Source of the DNA: Candidatus Bipolaricaulota bacterium
GTDB lineage: Bacteria; Patescibacteriota; Patescibacteriia; UBA11705; DATKZF01
Reading direction: 5' to 3'
NCBI GenBank assembly: GCA_035528115.1
Contig: DATKZF010000003.1
Span: 86,699-150,698, forward strand
Length of the DNA stretch: 64,000 bases
Part shown: one piece after another, positions 18,018 through 28,219 of the stretch
How the letters are laid out: the number at the start of each line of letters is the position of its first letter
How positions within the stretch are numbered: the first letter of the stretch is position 1
Notes under the pieces: generated by a model
What the model was told of the DNA's origin: nothing
The model's input: only the letters and a program-made list of their open reading frames with translations
Databases searched by the model: none
Translations under genes and position numbers: made by a program

Positions 18018-19652
18018 TCATTGATTCAACAAGCTTTGAAAAGGCGAAATATTAAGCTTATTTTCGGAAATGGAATCGCTTTCCGTGTAATCAGAAAAGA
18101 AAGCCTCGGACATATCATCTATCCTTCCCGACCAAACCAACGAAAAAAGTATTTTGGCCACGGTTTCCGTTTCTATCCAACGCAAATTTTGGTCATCATC
18201 CACCAAATACACTTTGGGCACGGAAGGCATCTTTATCAGACTGCCCGGTTTGTATTTGATGTTTCCGACCAGCGGATATTGCGACAATCCATCGGACGAT
18301 ATCAATTCAACATTTGAAAAATCGTCATACCAAGAAAAAAATATTTTTTCATTGGGAAAAACATATCGTTGATTATTCACGCCGAGCAAATAAACAGTGG
18401 AATCTTCCGGCGATTTGATCAGTCGCCCGGACAACGACTTGTCGGAAACAAACTCGACCACGGCCGAAACCGGAATCTCGGCGTTAAAAATATTCCAAGT
18501 CAATAATTTTTCATCAACTTCGGCGAAATAAAGAGAAGAACCGAAAACGTTTGAACTTACCGAAAATTTCGCCAAACCGTTTTCATCGGTAATGTCAGTG
18601 ATCGCTTCAATCGTATCATAATCTTTTTTTGATGAATGCAAAATAACTTTTTTCCCGGCGATGGCTTCGCCCAGGTCGTCTTGCAACCACACGTCAATCG
18701 TCGCCTTCTCGCCGACCGAAATCTTCTCGTCCTCGGTCTCAACCAAAGCCAACGATATTGCGCGACCATCCGCTTCCATTGAAATCGAAGGGGATGTGTA
18801 TTCATTGCCGATAAAATCGGCTGACTTGACCGCTATGACATGGCTGCCGAGCGCAACCTCCGACCATAAATATTGCCAAGTGTCAAAATAAGTGCCGGTG
18901 GATTCGGCGTCAAACCATTCTCCATCAATGGATACTTTTACCCATGAGGGAAATGAGCCCGCGCGATCCCTGGCCAGCCCGGTGATTAAAATATCTCCGC
19001 TGCCGGAAATAACAACCGTTTCTCCGTTTTTAATATTATCTATCACCACGACCGGCGGAATATTATCCAGAGCAAGTCTGGAAATGATCTGCGAGGTGGA
19101 ATTCAATAAATTATCGCCAACGGGTCCGTCGTTTTCCGATTCAACGAAAACACCCTTCTCTCCCAGATCGAACCGGCCGTCGGCATTTAAGTCGCTTAAG
19201 GCGGGAATATAAAAATCGAGAGAATAGCTGGTGGTCAAAACATAAGTCGTTTCCACGCTGATAAATATTCTTAAACCGCCAACGGGAATTTCTTCATTGA
19301 TATTTTCAAGATACCAATAAGCTTCATTCGGGTACCATACGGCTTCTCCCAAATCTTTATCTACGCCAATGCCTTGAAATCCTTGCGATCCGTCATCAGC
19401 GTAAATTCTCACTTTGTCTATTTGATAATCAACCTGAGCCGTGCCTTTATTCTTCACGGTGATTGCGGACAAAACATCCTTCGCTCCGCCGTTGTCAGGG
19501 ACAACAAAATCCATGGTTAAAATATCGAAGTCCGATTGATAATAATAACTGAACGGGGCTTCGAAATTAACGTAATCATCCACTTCTGCCGCCATCGCGC
19601 CGCCGCCCCCCAACAAACAAATTAAAGCAAAGCAAAAAAATATTTTTTTCAT
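18018..19652 (-). CDS. Secreted Ig-like-domain protein with the same C-terminal shared domain
   Basis: Signal peptide; DNIPPVV..ITGLARD and TDENGLAKF Ig-like segments; LIKSPEDSTVYLL..RYVFPNEKIFFSWY..PKVYLV..RWI. Confidence 0.75.
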   Translation of the reverse strand: MKKIFFCFALICLLGGGGAMAAEVDDYVNFEAPFSYYYQSDFDILTMDFVVPDNGGAKDVLSAITVKNKGTAQVDYQIDKVRIYADDGSQGFQGIGVDKDLGEAVWYPNEAYWYLENINEEIPVGGLRIFISVETTYVLTTSYSLDFYIPALSDLNADGRFDLGEKGVFVESENDGPVGDNLLNSTSQIISRLALDNIPPVVVIDNIKNGETVVISGSGDILITGLARDRAGSFPSWVKVSIDGEWFDAESTGTYFDTWQYLWSEVALGSHVIAVKSADFIGNEYTSPSISMEADGRAISLALVETEDEKISVGEKATIDVWLQDDLGEAIAGKKVILHSSKKDYDTIEAITDITDENGLAKFSVSSNVFGSSLYFAEVDEKLLTWNIFNAEIPVSAVVEFVSDKSLSGRLIKSPEDSTVYLLGVNNQRYVFPNEKIFFSWYDDFSNVELISSDGLSQYPLVGNIKYKPGSLIKMPSVPKVYLVDDDQNLRWIETETVAKILFSLVWSGRIDDMSEAFFSDYTESDSISENKLNISPFQSLLNQ

Positions 19653-19772
19653 AAAAATAAATTAGTTGTCGATGTTCATATAATAACACATTTCAAATAT
19701 GAAAACAAAAAATAACTCACAATTCAAAATCCAACCCAATGGCTCGGATGCCGGGTTGTGGGTCAGGGGTCT

Positions 19773-20029
19773 TGTTACGAATTACAATCATCTGATAGGC
19801 CGATTAATATATGTTACGAAGTACAAGATTCCATTTGGCCTACAGACGGGTGTTACAAATTACATTCACCTATAAGCCTTAAGCCTGAGATTATTGTAAT
19901 TCGTAACAGATAACCTGAAAGCTAAATAGTAGATTGTAATTCGTAACAAATAACCTGAAAGCTAAATAGTAGATTGTAATTCGTAACAAATAACCTGAAA
20001 GCTAAATAGAATCTTATAATTCGTAAACA
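19773..20029. repeat. Converging TGTTACGAATTACAA-unit element, copy B (3 forward + 4 reverse units)
   Basis: Forward units at 19773, 19812 and 19851 (39-bp period). Reverse units at 19894, 19934, 19974 and 20014 (40-bp period, near-perfect tandem duplication). Confidence 0.9.
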
Positions 20030-20053
20030 TCTCAAGCCCCATAAAGCCTTCTT

Positions 20054-20098
20054 AAAAAAACAAAATCCCCCCGACTTTCGTCGAAGGGATTTTTGTTT
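20054..20098. terminator. Intrinsic terminator of the S-layer-like gene
   Basis: AAACAAAATCCC-CCCGAC-TTTC-GTCGAA-GGGATTTTTGTTT. Confidence 0.75.
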
Positions 20099-20142
20099 CG
20101 GTTTGCGCTACCGAAAAACCTTAAACTATATGAGACTCTATC

Positions 20143-23100
20143 TTACGGTTTGAGCAACAGACCCGCATACTTATCGCCTCTAAAGAGGATATTAGCATGT
20201 TGGTAAGTGCCGATTCCGTTGATGCTCCAAGTGAAGTTTGAGGCTGAAGCGTCATCCAACCATAACTGGATGGAATCGCCTTGAGACGTCATCATTGACG
20301 TATCACCCCAAACATACAAGTACTTGGTCTCGCCGGCCGGAACTCTCCAGTCGGTGGAAACATCTTCGAAAAGGAACTTAACGCTGGTGGCGGAACACGG
20401 AGCGATAGCGGCAGGTGTAGCCAAAGTGACTCCATCTGAATCTTTCAAGTAAACGTCTCCTGTCGCCACGCTGGTGCAAGAAGAGCTGATCTTGAAAGTA
20501 ATATCGCCGGTAGCCGCGTCGAACGTGATGTCCTTCGGGCCGTCAGCGGTGACCGCTAATTTAGCCAACAAAGTGTTGGCGCTCGGGATCAGATTGCCTG
20601 AAGGCGTATCAACCGCGAAAGCGACTGAGGGAACGCTCTCATAAACAGTCTGATTATTGCCATCAACCGTGTAAATCACGCGAACGGTACCAGCCACGAC
20701 GTCTGCAGTAGCGGTAGTGCCGATATAAGCGTTTTCACCGGCTGCCCAAGCGGCATTACCACCAGAGATTTGTAAGTTGGTGGCGGCCGTGATCACGGTA
20801 GCAACATCAGTATCTGAAGCGCCGACAGTTGAACCGATTTTGTAAGTGCCGCAATCTGTCACGCGCACATCAGTGGCATCAACCGTGCCGCCGGAAGCCA
20901 CATCGCGATAGATGCACTCACCGGCCGCCCAAGTGGCGTTGCCGCCGGAAATGAACAAGTTGGTGGCTAGATTTAGATCAGTCGCGGTAATATCGCTGTC
21001 TCCGGCTACGACAGTGGTTGTCAAAACAACCGTGCCGGCGCCTTGTCCGACGGCTCTGAAATTATTCGGAGTCGTGAAGGCGAGAGACATGGCAGCCGCG
21101 TTATCCGCGCCGCCGCTGGTGGTGTTCATGTTGCCTTTGACAGTGATGGTCGTATCTCCGTCTTTCGGCACGTAGATGTCAAGTCCGTTGAAATCCGCGA
21201 TGCCACCACTCAAGAAAGCTGACTTGGTGACAGTCGCGCCAACGCTGTTGGTGTAGGACAAGACAACTGAAGTAAATTCGTCATCGTACATGGTTGAAAA
21301 CTCTTGGTTCTTGATTCTCAACTTTTCGATAACGAAAGCTTCATTGGAAGCTGCGAATTTGACTTTGGTAAAGTCAACACCCTGTCTGCCGGCGACCACC
21401 AAATTTACCAACGGAGTGGCTGAACCGATGTTTACGGTCAAAGTGCCGGTGGAGGTGACGGTCTGATAACGACCCGGAGCTGTATCAGGATCGGTATTGC
21501 CATTAATCAAATTCGGGGTGATCGATGTGCCGAATCCGTATTCAGCTGAAACATCGGCCGCGGCCGCGAGAGCCATGGCGAATCGATCGCTAGTGCCATC
21601 ATAAGGAGCGGTGGTTGACAAATCAACCTTCACCACCAATTGCTTGGAAGTGCCCGCCGGAATCATCCAATTCAAAGTATCGAATTGAACGGTGATCGCG
21701 CTGGTGCCGACAGTCAATCCTTTGGCAGTCGCCAACGGAGAAGTCGCGCCATCATCGTAAATGGCCACCTTGGAAATCACATCCTCGGCGTTTGAAGCCT
21801 GATTCTTATCACCCGCGGCAAAAGTTGTAGCGTTGGCATCCAAGTAAGCGGTCAATTTGATCGTGTTTACTTTGACGTCAGCGGCATTGCCCGCGGTGAA
21901 GACGAAGCCTACGGTCGAGACTCCATTGGAGCCTTTAACATAGGTGTTGCCACCGGCCGGAGTGCCAGCCAAATCAATTGACAAGCTGGTTTCGGTGATG
22001 GTCATTTCATTACCCGCGATATTGCCCGAAGGGACAATGTCGGTAATGGCATCGCCTGTGTCTGAATCCTTGAACACCCAGTTCGAAGTTGAAGTCAAAT
22101 CTTTCAAAGTGGCGAGAATCTTATCGCCATCAGACGCGGTATTTGAAACATCAACTCTCACTTGGCATTCGGTGGCTCCTGCCGCCAATGACCAAGTATC
22201 GGTAAAGGCGTTATCGGTAGCCGCCGGACTGGCGGTGTCAGCGACGACAATGCCGCCGCAGATCAATTCCAGATTTTCCATGTCAGCGGCAGCCAAACCG
22301 GTGCCGGACATGGTAACTGTGGCTCTTTCAACATCTATCGAACCCTGAGCGGTCATGGTGAAATTCATCAAAACCACTTTGTTGGTATTCTTCGACACAT
22401 CAGTCGAAGAAGGACCGTTGAAAGCTACTGACAATTGGCTGGCTTCAGCCGTGGTGGTATTTGACAGAGGAGAAGAATCAGCCTCTTCAACGTATGAATT
22501 CGCGCTGCCGCCCACTGCGGCGTCAACGTACATGTTATAGCCGTAAGTGTCGCCGGTGGCGCGAACATCGGTGTTGTATCTTACATACAAGGTGCCGGTG
22601 TCAGCGTCTCTGCCGGTAACGTCGGCCTTAGCCGTGAAAGAAACTGAATCGCCTCTTTCGATCGGCCAAGCGGTGTCCAAATCGCAAACGAAGTAATCGC
22701 CGCTCTCCGTGCAAGTTGAAACCAAGTCGGATCCTCGATAAATCTTCATGTTGTTAAAGATGTCTCTCGCGCTGTTGTAAATTGTCAAGCCCGAGAAATG
22801 AGCGTCTTCAACGGTATTCACATGTACCGAGAAATTAGAAACCTCAACTCCAACTTCGCCGATCTTTCGAGTATAAGCCTGGCCGTTTGATTCGACATCG
22901 ACTTTACCCACTTGAACGGTTGAAATGTTCAAGGTGTTTGATCGGACGGGGAAACTGCCAACGACCGACTCAGCAGTGCTGCTGATCGAAGTGGCGTTGG
23001 TCATTTCAAATTGATGAGAGCCATTGGTTGCCGGCGAATAAGCGATATCCGCGAACAAAGTCAAAGTCTTGCTCTGACCGGCGCCTACAGAAAGGTTTAA

Positions 23101-24090
23101 ATTATTAAAGTAGGCTAAGTTCGTTGAAGTGGATATGGTCTTGCCCGAGGTCAACTTCAATGAGCCGTCATAAAGATAAATCTTTGAAAGCTCTGAAGGA
23201 GAACCCAAACCGACTCTCTTTATAGCGAGGGTATTAACGGTAATCGCCGCATCGCTGCCGGCAGTGAAAGTGTATTTGGCTACTTCGACGCCGGTGGCTC
23301 CGAACGGAGCTGTTTGTGTCGCCGGGGTGTCAGAGGCCAAAGAAACGGTCAATGTGCCGTCAGCGGCTACCGGAGCAGCAGTGCCACCGCCTTGGGAATC
23401 ATCCAAGTAAGTAGCATCAGCGCCGGAAACCACATCTCCTTCGGTATAAGAATCCAATACTGCCTGAGTGGTGACAGTCACATATTCCCACTTGAAGCGG
23501 TTCGCGACGAACACGTCTTCAGACGGTACTAAATGTTTCATGTCATCCCAGATAAGCCAGACGTCGGACGCCGCAGCGGTCTTCAATAAGAAACCGTCCG
23601 GATACCAAGTGCCATCCAACTCTGTGCTCGTATCGTTGTAATTGTTCCAGAATGAATCCTGGACATCAAGTATTCTCGAACTCCAGGTTGATCCGAACAA
23701 ATCTTCAGCGGCTGTCTGATCGGCGACTTTATACAAATCGCCTTCTCGGCTGACCGCGTAAACGCTCGGAATCGACTGAATCTTAACTAACTCCGTGCCG
23801 TAGCGAGTGACAACGTTTGACGCCAATGAAATATCGGCAAGCTCGCTATCGGTTATATTCCTGACAACAGAAAAATCATATTGCCAAGTAAAATAGTACT
23901 TATCCTGCGGATAGACGTACCTTTTGCCGTCAGACGCGTAAAAATATACGGCGTCAAAGCTGCCCTTGATAACATCTCCCGGTTCCAGCACCGCGGCGCT
24001 GGCCACAGGGACGAAAGCGGCAACTCCCATTGACCAAACAATGGTGGCGAGTACAACCCCGAAAGTAAATACTTTTTTTAGGTTACCCAT
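20143..24090 (-). CDS. Putative S-layer or major surface protein (1315 aa) with the shared domain at its N-terminus
   Basis: Signal peptide (..ASA|AV); strong RBS AAGGAG; codon bias typical of high expression; tandem beta-rich domains (GTLTVSLASDTP, GTLTVNIGSATP); N-terminal AVYFY..DGKRYVYP..YFTW..PSVYAV domain. Confidence 0.7.
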   Translation of the reverse strand: MGNLKKVFTFGVVLATIVWSMGVAAFVPVASAAVLEPGDVIKGSFDAVYFYASDGKRYVYPQDKYYFTWQYDFSVVRNITDSELADISLASNVVTRYGTELVKIQSIPSVYAVSREGDLYKVADQTAAEDLFGSTWSSRILDVQDSFWNNYNDTSTELDGTWYPDGFLLKTAAASDVWLIWDDMKHLVPSEDVFVANRFKWEYVTVTTQAVLDSYTEGDVVSGADATYLDDSQGGGTAAPVAADGTLTVSLASDTPATQTAPFGATGVEVAKYTFTAGSDAAITVNTLAIKRVGLGSPSELSKIYLYDGSLKLTSGKTISTSTNLAYFNNLNLSVGAGQSKTLTLFADIAYSPATNGSHQFEMTNATSISSTAESVVGSFPVRSNTLNISTVQVGKVDVESNGQAYTRKIGEVGVEVSNFSVHVNTVEDAHFSGLTIYNSARDIFNNMKIYRGSDLVSTCTESGDYFVCDLDTAWPIERGDSVSFTAKADVTGRDADTGTLYVRYNTDVRATGDTYGYNMYVDAAVGGSANSYVEEADSSPLSNTTTAEASQLSVAFNGPSSTDVSKNTNKVVLMNFTMTAQGSIDVERATVTMSGTGLAAADMENLELICGGIVVADTASPAATDNAFTDTWSLAAGATECQVRVDVSNTASDGDKILATLKDLTSTSNWVFKDSDTGDAITDIVPSGNIAGNEMTITETSLSIDLAGTPAGGNTYVKGSNGVSTVGFVFTAGNAADVKVNTIKLTAYLDANATTFAAGDKNQASNAEDVISKVAIYDDGATSPLATAKGLTVGTSAITVQFDTLNWMIPAGTSKQLVVKVDLSTTAPYDGTSDRFAMALAAAADVSAEYGFGTSITPNLINGNTDPDTAPGRYQTVTSTGTLTVNIGSATPLVNLVVAGRQGVDFTKVKFAASNEAFVIEKLRIKNQEFSTMYDDEFTSVVLSYTNSVGATVTKSAFLSGGIADFNGLDIYVPKDGDTTITVKGNMNTTSGGADNAAAMSLAFTTPNNFRAVGQGAGTVVLTTTVVAGDSDITATDLNLATNLFISGGNATWAAGECIYRDVASGGTVDATDVRVTDCGTYKIGSTVGASDTDVATVITAATNLQISGGNAAWAAGENAYIGTTATADVVAGTVRVIYTVDGNNQTVYESVPSVAFAVDTPSGNLIPSANTLLAKLAVTADGPKDITFDAATGDITFKISSSCTSVATGDVYLKDSDGVTLATPAAIAPCSATSVKFLFEDVSTDWRVPAGETKYLYVWGDTSMMTSQGDSIQLWLDDASASNFTWSINGIGTYQHANILFRGDKYAGLLLKP

Positions 24091-24112
24091 AGATTAATTT
24101 AAATCTCCTTTG

Positions 24113-24160
24113 CCTCCAATAATATTTTTTCATTCGATCGAATGGAAAAATATATTGAGG
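24113..24160 (-). promoter_or_regulatory. Long hairpin directly upstream of the S-layer-like gene RBS
   Basis: CCTCCAATAATATTTTTT-CATTCGATCGAATG-GAAAAATATATTGAGG inverted repeat. Confidence 0.5.
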
Positions 24161-24267
24161 TCAATATATTTTAATTATGTCACGGCCTCCCTTTTGGGAT
24201 CGACCTTGCTGGACATGACAACCTAAAGAGTTGATTAATTCGTTAATATATAAATAATTATTTTTTA

Positions 24268-25461
24268 TTATTCAACAACCGCATCGGCCGCGGCGTCCGT
24301 GGTGGCCGAGCTTTGCTCCGGCGTTTCCGGCTCGCCGGTCGTGTCGGGACTGACTTCACCGGTCGATTCACTCATCGCGCCGAGCTTGGTTTGAATGTCT
24401 CTGGTTATCAAATTACTTTCCTTTATTTTTTCAAAAGCTCGCGTAATGTCGCCTTGCTGTAAAAGAAGTCTCGCTTCTTCAACCAATTTTTGCACTTCTT
24501 CAGGCGCTTCGCCGATAATCGCGGTTTGATCAAGAATCAATTGATCGTTATCGCTCAAAACGTCCTCGGTTGCCAAATCATGCGAAGAAGCATCCTCCAT
24601 GGCGTCGCAGCTCGCGCAAGTTTCCTCGGGCTGACTGACGTTCTTAACCTCTTCTATCTTTTCTTCCGCGGATCGTATTTTACCTTCCAAATTTTGCGCT
24701 ATCTCTTCCACCGAGGATTCAACCTCTCCGGAAACGTGTTTTTCAATGATCACGCCGATGGCCGCCTCGGACGTTTCCTCAACAACATTCTGCGCGGCGT
24801 CAAGTTCCGAAATCATCGTCGATTTATCATCAATGGCTTTTATCTCTTTTTTCTTCTGTTTTATTTTTTCAGACAAACTATCGACTTTATCATCCACTTT
24901 TTTGGCCACATCCACTATTTCCTGCGCCGGTTTCGGCGTTAACTTAACTTTTTCCAATTGCTCTTTCACGTTGGTCATTTGCTCCGTTAAACCGTGAATG
25001 GCCACCTTCATGTTTTCTTGATTGCCCTCGACTTCCGGATGCAATTGCAATTTGTCCATTTCATTCATTCTCTCGTCCGCGTAGCCCATGTAAAGATCCG
25101 TTTTTTTATCCGCACCGACAGTCAAACCGGCGTAAATTTTTTCCGAAGTCAATTTAACTTTATATAAAGTGTCTCCGGGCACCGTGCCTTTGGAAGCGCT
25201 GACTCCGAAGACTGAAGCTCCGAAGATGAATGTGACGATCAAAGTTATTGCGCCAATCGGCTTATACACAAAAGTTTTAACGCTGCCCGGCATAATCGCC
25301 TTGATGCCGTACCAAAAATTTTTGAAAGCGCTTTCTTTGGTGTTTGCCGTCTGTCCCTTAATTTGGGAAATCAAAAGATTCCGATTTGATTTCTTCCATT
25401 CGGCGTTGGCTCCCAAAATCCTCAAGGACTTTAACTGTTTGATTATATCTTTGTCAGTCAT
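24268..25461 (-). CDS. Putative anti-sigma factor (DUF5667-like, single TM, coiled-coil ectodomain)
   Basis: Overlaps the sigma stop. TM followed by ASKGTVPGDTLYKVKLTSEKI..ADERMNE. Confidence 0.65.
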   Translation of the reverse strand: MTDKDIIKQLKSLRILGANAEWKKSNRNLLISQIKGQTANTKESAFKNFWYGIKAIMPGSVKTFVYKPIGAITLIVTFIFGASVFGVSASKGTVPGDTLYKVKLTSEKIYAGLTVGADKKTDLYMGYADERMNEMDKLQLHPEVEGNQENMKVAIHGLTEQMTNVKEQLEKVKLTPKPAQEIVDVAKKVDDKVDSLSEKIKQKKKEIKAIDDKSTMISELDAAQNVVEETSEAAIGVIIEKHVSGEVESSVEEIAQNLEGKIRSAEEKIEEVKNVSQPEETCASCDAMEDASSHDLATEDVLSDNDQLILDQTAIIGEAPEEVQKLVEEARLLLQQGDITRAFEKIKESNLITRDIQTKLGAMSESTGEVSPDTTGEPETPEQSSATTDAAADAVVE

Positions 25462-26008
25462 GAAAAATTTCCTTTAATGTTTTCAGAGCTCGGTGCAATA
25501 GCACTCTGATGTTGCTTTTGCTTTTGTCTAAAATTTTAGCGATTTCCGAGGTGGTCAATCCGTTGATGTATTTAAGGATGATCACTTCGCGATATTCCTC
25601 CTTAAGCAGTTTCAATTTGCTTTCGATTTGTTCCAAGTCCAGTTTTTGATCCAATTCCTTGACCGCGTCTTTTCTGTCCGCGATAATTTCTTCAAATTGT
25701 TCGGTGTTTGAAACGACCGAATTTTTATTTCTCTCTCGGTAATGATCAATTATGCAATTTCGGGCGATGCGATATATCAAGGCGTTGAAATTGTCTATTT
25801 TCCTTTTTCCTTCCCGCAAGTATTGCCAAGTTTTTAAAAAAATATTCGAAGTGATATCTTGAGTTTCTTCATCTGTATTCACCTTGAATCTGACGAATCT
25901 AAATATCTTATCCACATACAAATCATAAAGTTTTCCGAAAGCCTCGGGATTGTTCTGATTTTTGGCCTGGAAAACGAGATATTTGATTTTAATGTTATTG
26001 TTCCGCAT
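25454..26008 (-). CDS. ECF sigma-70 factor
   Basis: AFGKLYDLYVDKIFRFV, DITSNIFLKTW, IYRIARNCIIDHYR, EIAKILDKSKSNIRVLLHRALK. Start placed at MRNNNIK. Confidence 0.9.
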   Translation of the reverse strand: MRNNNIKIKYLVFQAKNQNNPEAFGKLYDLYVDKIFRFVRFKVNTDEETQDITSNIFLKTWQYLREGKRKIDNFNALIYRIARNCIIDHYRERNKNSVVSNTEQFEEIIADRKDAVKELDQKLDLEQIESKLKLLKEEYREVIILKYINGLTTSEIAKILDKSKSNIRVLLHRALKTLKEIFHD

Positions 26009-26015
26009 CTTTGAA

Positions 26016-26041
26016 GTCGTATATTTGTTAAAAGTGTTACA
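26016..26041 (-). promoter_or_regulatory. ECF (SigX-type) promoter of the sigma gene
   Basis: TGTAAC-N16-CGAC located 7 nt before ATG 26008. Confidence 0.65.
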
Positions 26042-26240
26042 GTCTTTATAATAAAATATTTCGAACAAATTGTAAAGATTATATCTTAATACATTTAGCG
26101 CAAAAAATCAATGATTAAGACGCCATTTTTCGTCACTTGACTTTCAGGGATAAAATTGCATTATAAATAAGTAAATGTCTACACCACTCTATACTTTCAA
26201 CGAATTTTTTGTTAAATTATCAGCAAGGAACAATACCAAT

Positions 26241-26534
26241 ATGCCAACGGAAAAAAACCATAAAATCATTAGAGTCTCCGTCTCGGAAGCGGCCAGGTTG
26301 CTCGGCATAGACTCGCATACCATCAGACGGGCGATTAAAACAGAGGAAGTTACCTATGCCGTGGTTCAAGGCAGATACAAAATAAATTTCGAGAGCTTGG
26401 TTAAATGGTCTCAGCAAAAAATCAGGATAAAAAACAAAATGAATAAAGATGGCATCGGTCAATACGTGGCCAAGTGGAAAATAAAAAACAAACTTTATTC
26501 GCCCAATCCGGGGAGCATGGATCATGGAACATGA
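26241..26534 (+). CDS. Small excisionase-like (HTH_17) DNA-binding protein
   Basis: VSVSEAARLLGIDSHTIRRAIK..V.QGRYKI. Start at MPTEK; the ORF extends upstream to 26175. Confidence 0.7.
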   Translation: MPTEKNHKIIRVSVSEAARLLGIDSHTIRRAIKTEEVTYAVVQGRYKINFESLVKWSQQKIRIKNKMNKDGIGQYVAKWKIKNKLYSPNPGSMDHGT

Positions 26535-26540
26535 ATCACG

Positions 26541-26572
26541 AAAAAAAAACGGCCGAGCGGCCGTTTTTTTTC
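26541..26572. terminator. Bidirectional terminator
   Basis: A9-CGGCCG-AG-CGGCCG-T-run between convergent genes. Confidence 0.75.
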
Positions 26573-26577
26573 GAAAT

Positions 26578-27732
26578 TTAAAGTTCCAATATTCCCACTT
26601 TTTTCAATCTCGGTTGATAAATGATTTCCTTATATAATTTTTCCGTACGCTCGATCACCTTTTGCCAATCAAATTCATCAATCACTTCCCTTTTTAATTG
26701 TTGCCCCATGTTCGGCAAAGTGTTGACATTCGCCAAAAGCGATGAAAGTTTCTTTTTTAAATCACCGGCATCGCCTTTTTCAAACACCAACGCGGAGCGC
26801 AAATTTTCCGGCATCAATTCCAAATGCGCCGGAATGTTCGAAACCACGGTCGGCACGCCAAAAGACATGGACTCCAAAACGGAAATCGGCAATCCTTCTG
26901 AATCTGATGGATGAACGAAAAGTAAAGCGTTCTCGAAAAGCTGCTGCAAGGCTTCTCCGGATTGAAACCCGGTGAACATAATCCTTCTGTCTCCGGCCGC
27001 CATTTTTTTCAGATCATTCACATAGTCATCGGTAAAAACGGAACCTCCCGCAATAACCAATCTCTTCTCTGTTTTCAGATCTTTAAAAGCCTCGATCAAT
27101 AAATCTATTCGCTTAACCTTTATTAATCGCACGGCGACCAACAAATAGCCCTTGCTGCGCAAATTAAATTTTTCTTTTACAATATTGTCCCCGAATGACT
27201 CGGGCAAAGACGCTCCATTTGGAATGTAAACGACTTCAACATTGAATTTATCATGGCAATACTTTTGAAGACTTTTCGAAACCGCGATGGTTTCATGCGG
27301 AGCCGTCACCGCGAACCTTTCTCCGAGTTTCAAAAAAAACCTGGCGACCGCGCCCCACTTCTCATGCAAACTGTCGATACTGTGAAAAGTCACCACAACT
27401 TTTGTCCTTCTTAAAAATATTCTCGGCAAAAAAGACATCAACGCCGGCCCGATACCATGATAATGGATTACATCGTATTTCTTAAAAAGCGAGTGCATCG
27501 TGCATAAAAAAGTATGGCTTATAGCGTCAAAATGTTTCGTCTTCAAAGAAGGCAGCGAAATTAAACTCACGTCCTTATATTCCTTCAAATTCTTGTCCGT
27601 ATACCAAGGTCTGGTGTAAACAAAAACATCATGTCCCCTCTCAGCCAATCCCATGGCCAATTTTTCGACATGATTCTCCACGCCGCCGTATTTGGCGGGC
27701 AAACCCTTTTGCCCTATAAAAGCTATTTTCAT
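26578..27732 (-). CDS. Glycosyltransferase family 4
   Basis: MKIAFIGQKGLPAKYGGVE; HPSDSEGLPISVLESMSFG. Confidence 0.9.
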   Translation of the reverse strand: MKIAFIGQKGLPAKYGGVENHVEKLAMGLAERGHDVFVYTRPWYTDKNLKEYKDVSLISLPSLKTKHFDAISHTFLCTMHSLFKKYDVIHYHGIGPALMSFLPRIFLRRTKVVVTFHSIDSLHEKWGAVARFFLKLGERFAVTAPHETIAVSKSLQKYCHDKFNVEVVYIPNGASLPESFGDNIVKEKFNLRSKGYLLVAVRLIKVKRIDLLIEAFKDLKTEKRLVIAGGSVFTDDYVNDLKKMAAGDRRIMFTGFQSGEALQQLFENALLFVHPSDSEGLPISVLESMSFGVPTVVSNIPAHLELMPENLRSALVFEKGDAGDLKKKLSSLLANVNTLPNMGQQLKREVIDEFDWQKVIERTEKLYKEIIYQPRLKKVGILEL

Positions 27733-27780
27733 GAATTTACAATAGCACATTTTTAAAAAAATGTCAATTAAATGGCTTAT

Positions 27781-28194
27781 TTAACCGATTTTTACGTTTT
27801 TTTCTTCCAACAGACATTGTTCGCATTTGCCAAAGAAAAAAATGGTGTTCGAATGCACCTGGGCATTCAATTCACGATTGATACGCTTATAAATTTTTTT
27901 AATTTCAACGTCTCTGACATCGAAGATGGACTTGCATTTTTCGCAAACGAAATGAACGTCGTTTCTTTTCGCGTCATAGCGCGTCGGTCCTTTTTCAAAA
28001 TCCAAAGCCCTGATCAAGCCGCTTTCAACCAGACTTTTTAAATTTCTATATACCGTGGCAAAACTGATTTGAGGCAAAAGAGCCTTAACGGCCATAAAAA
28101 CTTCCTCAGCCGCCGGGTGAGAATCCGTATTTAAAAGATAATTCAATATCATTTTTCTTTGATTTGTCAGTCGTCCTTTATGCTTAATTATCAT
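27781..28194 (-). CDS. Fur/PerR family transcriptional regulator
   Basis: RLTNQRKMIL..HPAAEEV..ISFATVYRNL..HFVCEKC..GKCEQC. Confidence 0.9.
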   Translation of the reverse strand: MIIKHKGRLTNQRKMILNYLLNTDSHPAAEEVFMAVKALLPQISFATVYRNLKSLVESGLIRALDFEKGPTRYDAKRNDVHFVCEKCKSIFDVRDVEIKKIYKRINRELNAQVHSNTIFFFGKCEQCLLEEKNVKIG

Positions 28195-28219
28195 ATTTTA
28201 TCAGATAATTACTCCTATT

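Noticed and set aside
19773-20029. CRISPR array
   Set aside because: The repeat is only 15 bp, orientation flips mid-array, the linkers are shared between loci or tandemly duplicated, and there are no cas genes in the window.
25908-25916. Perfect DnaA box
   Set aside because: It lies in the sigma coding sequence (YVDK codons) and is probably coincidental.
26241-26534. Prophage or ICE excisionase
   Set aside because: No integrase, att sites or phage genes nearby, so it is treated as a stand-alone HTH protein.
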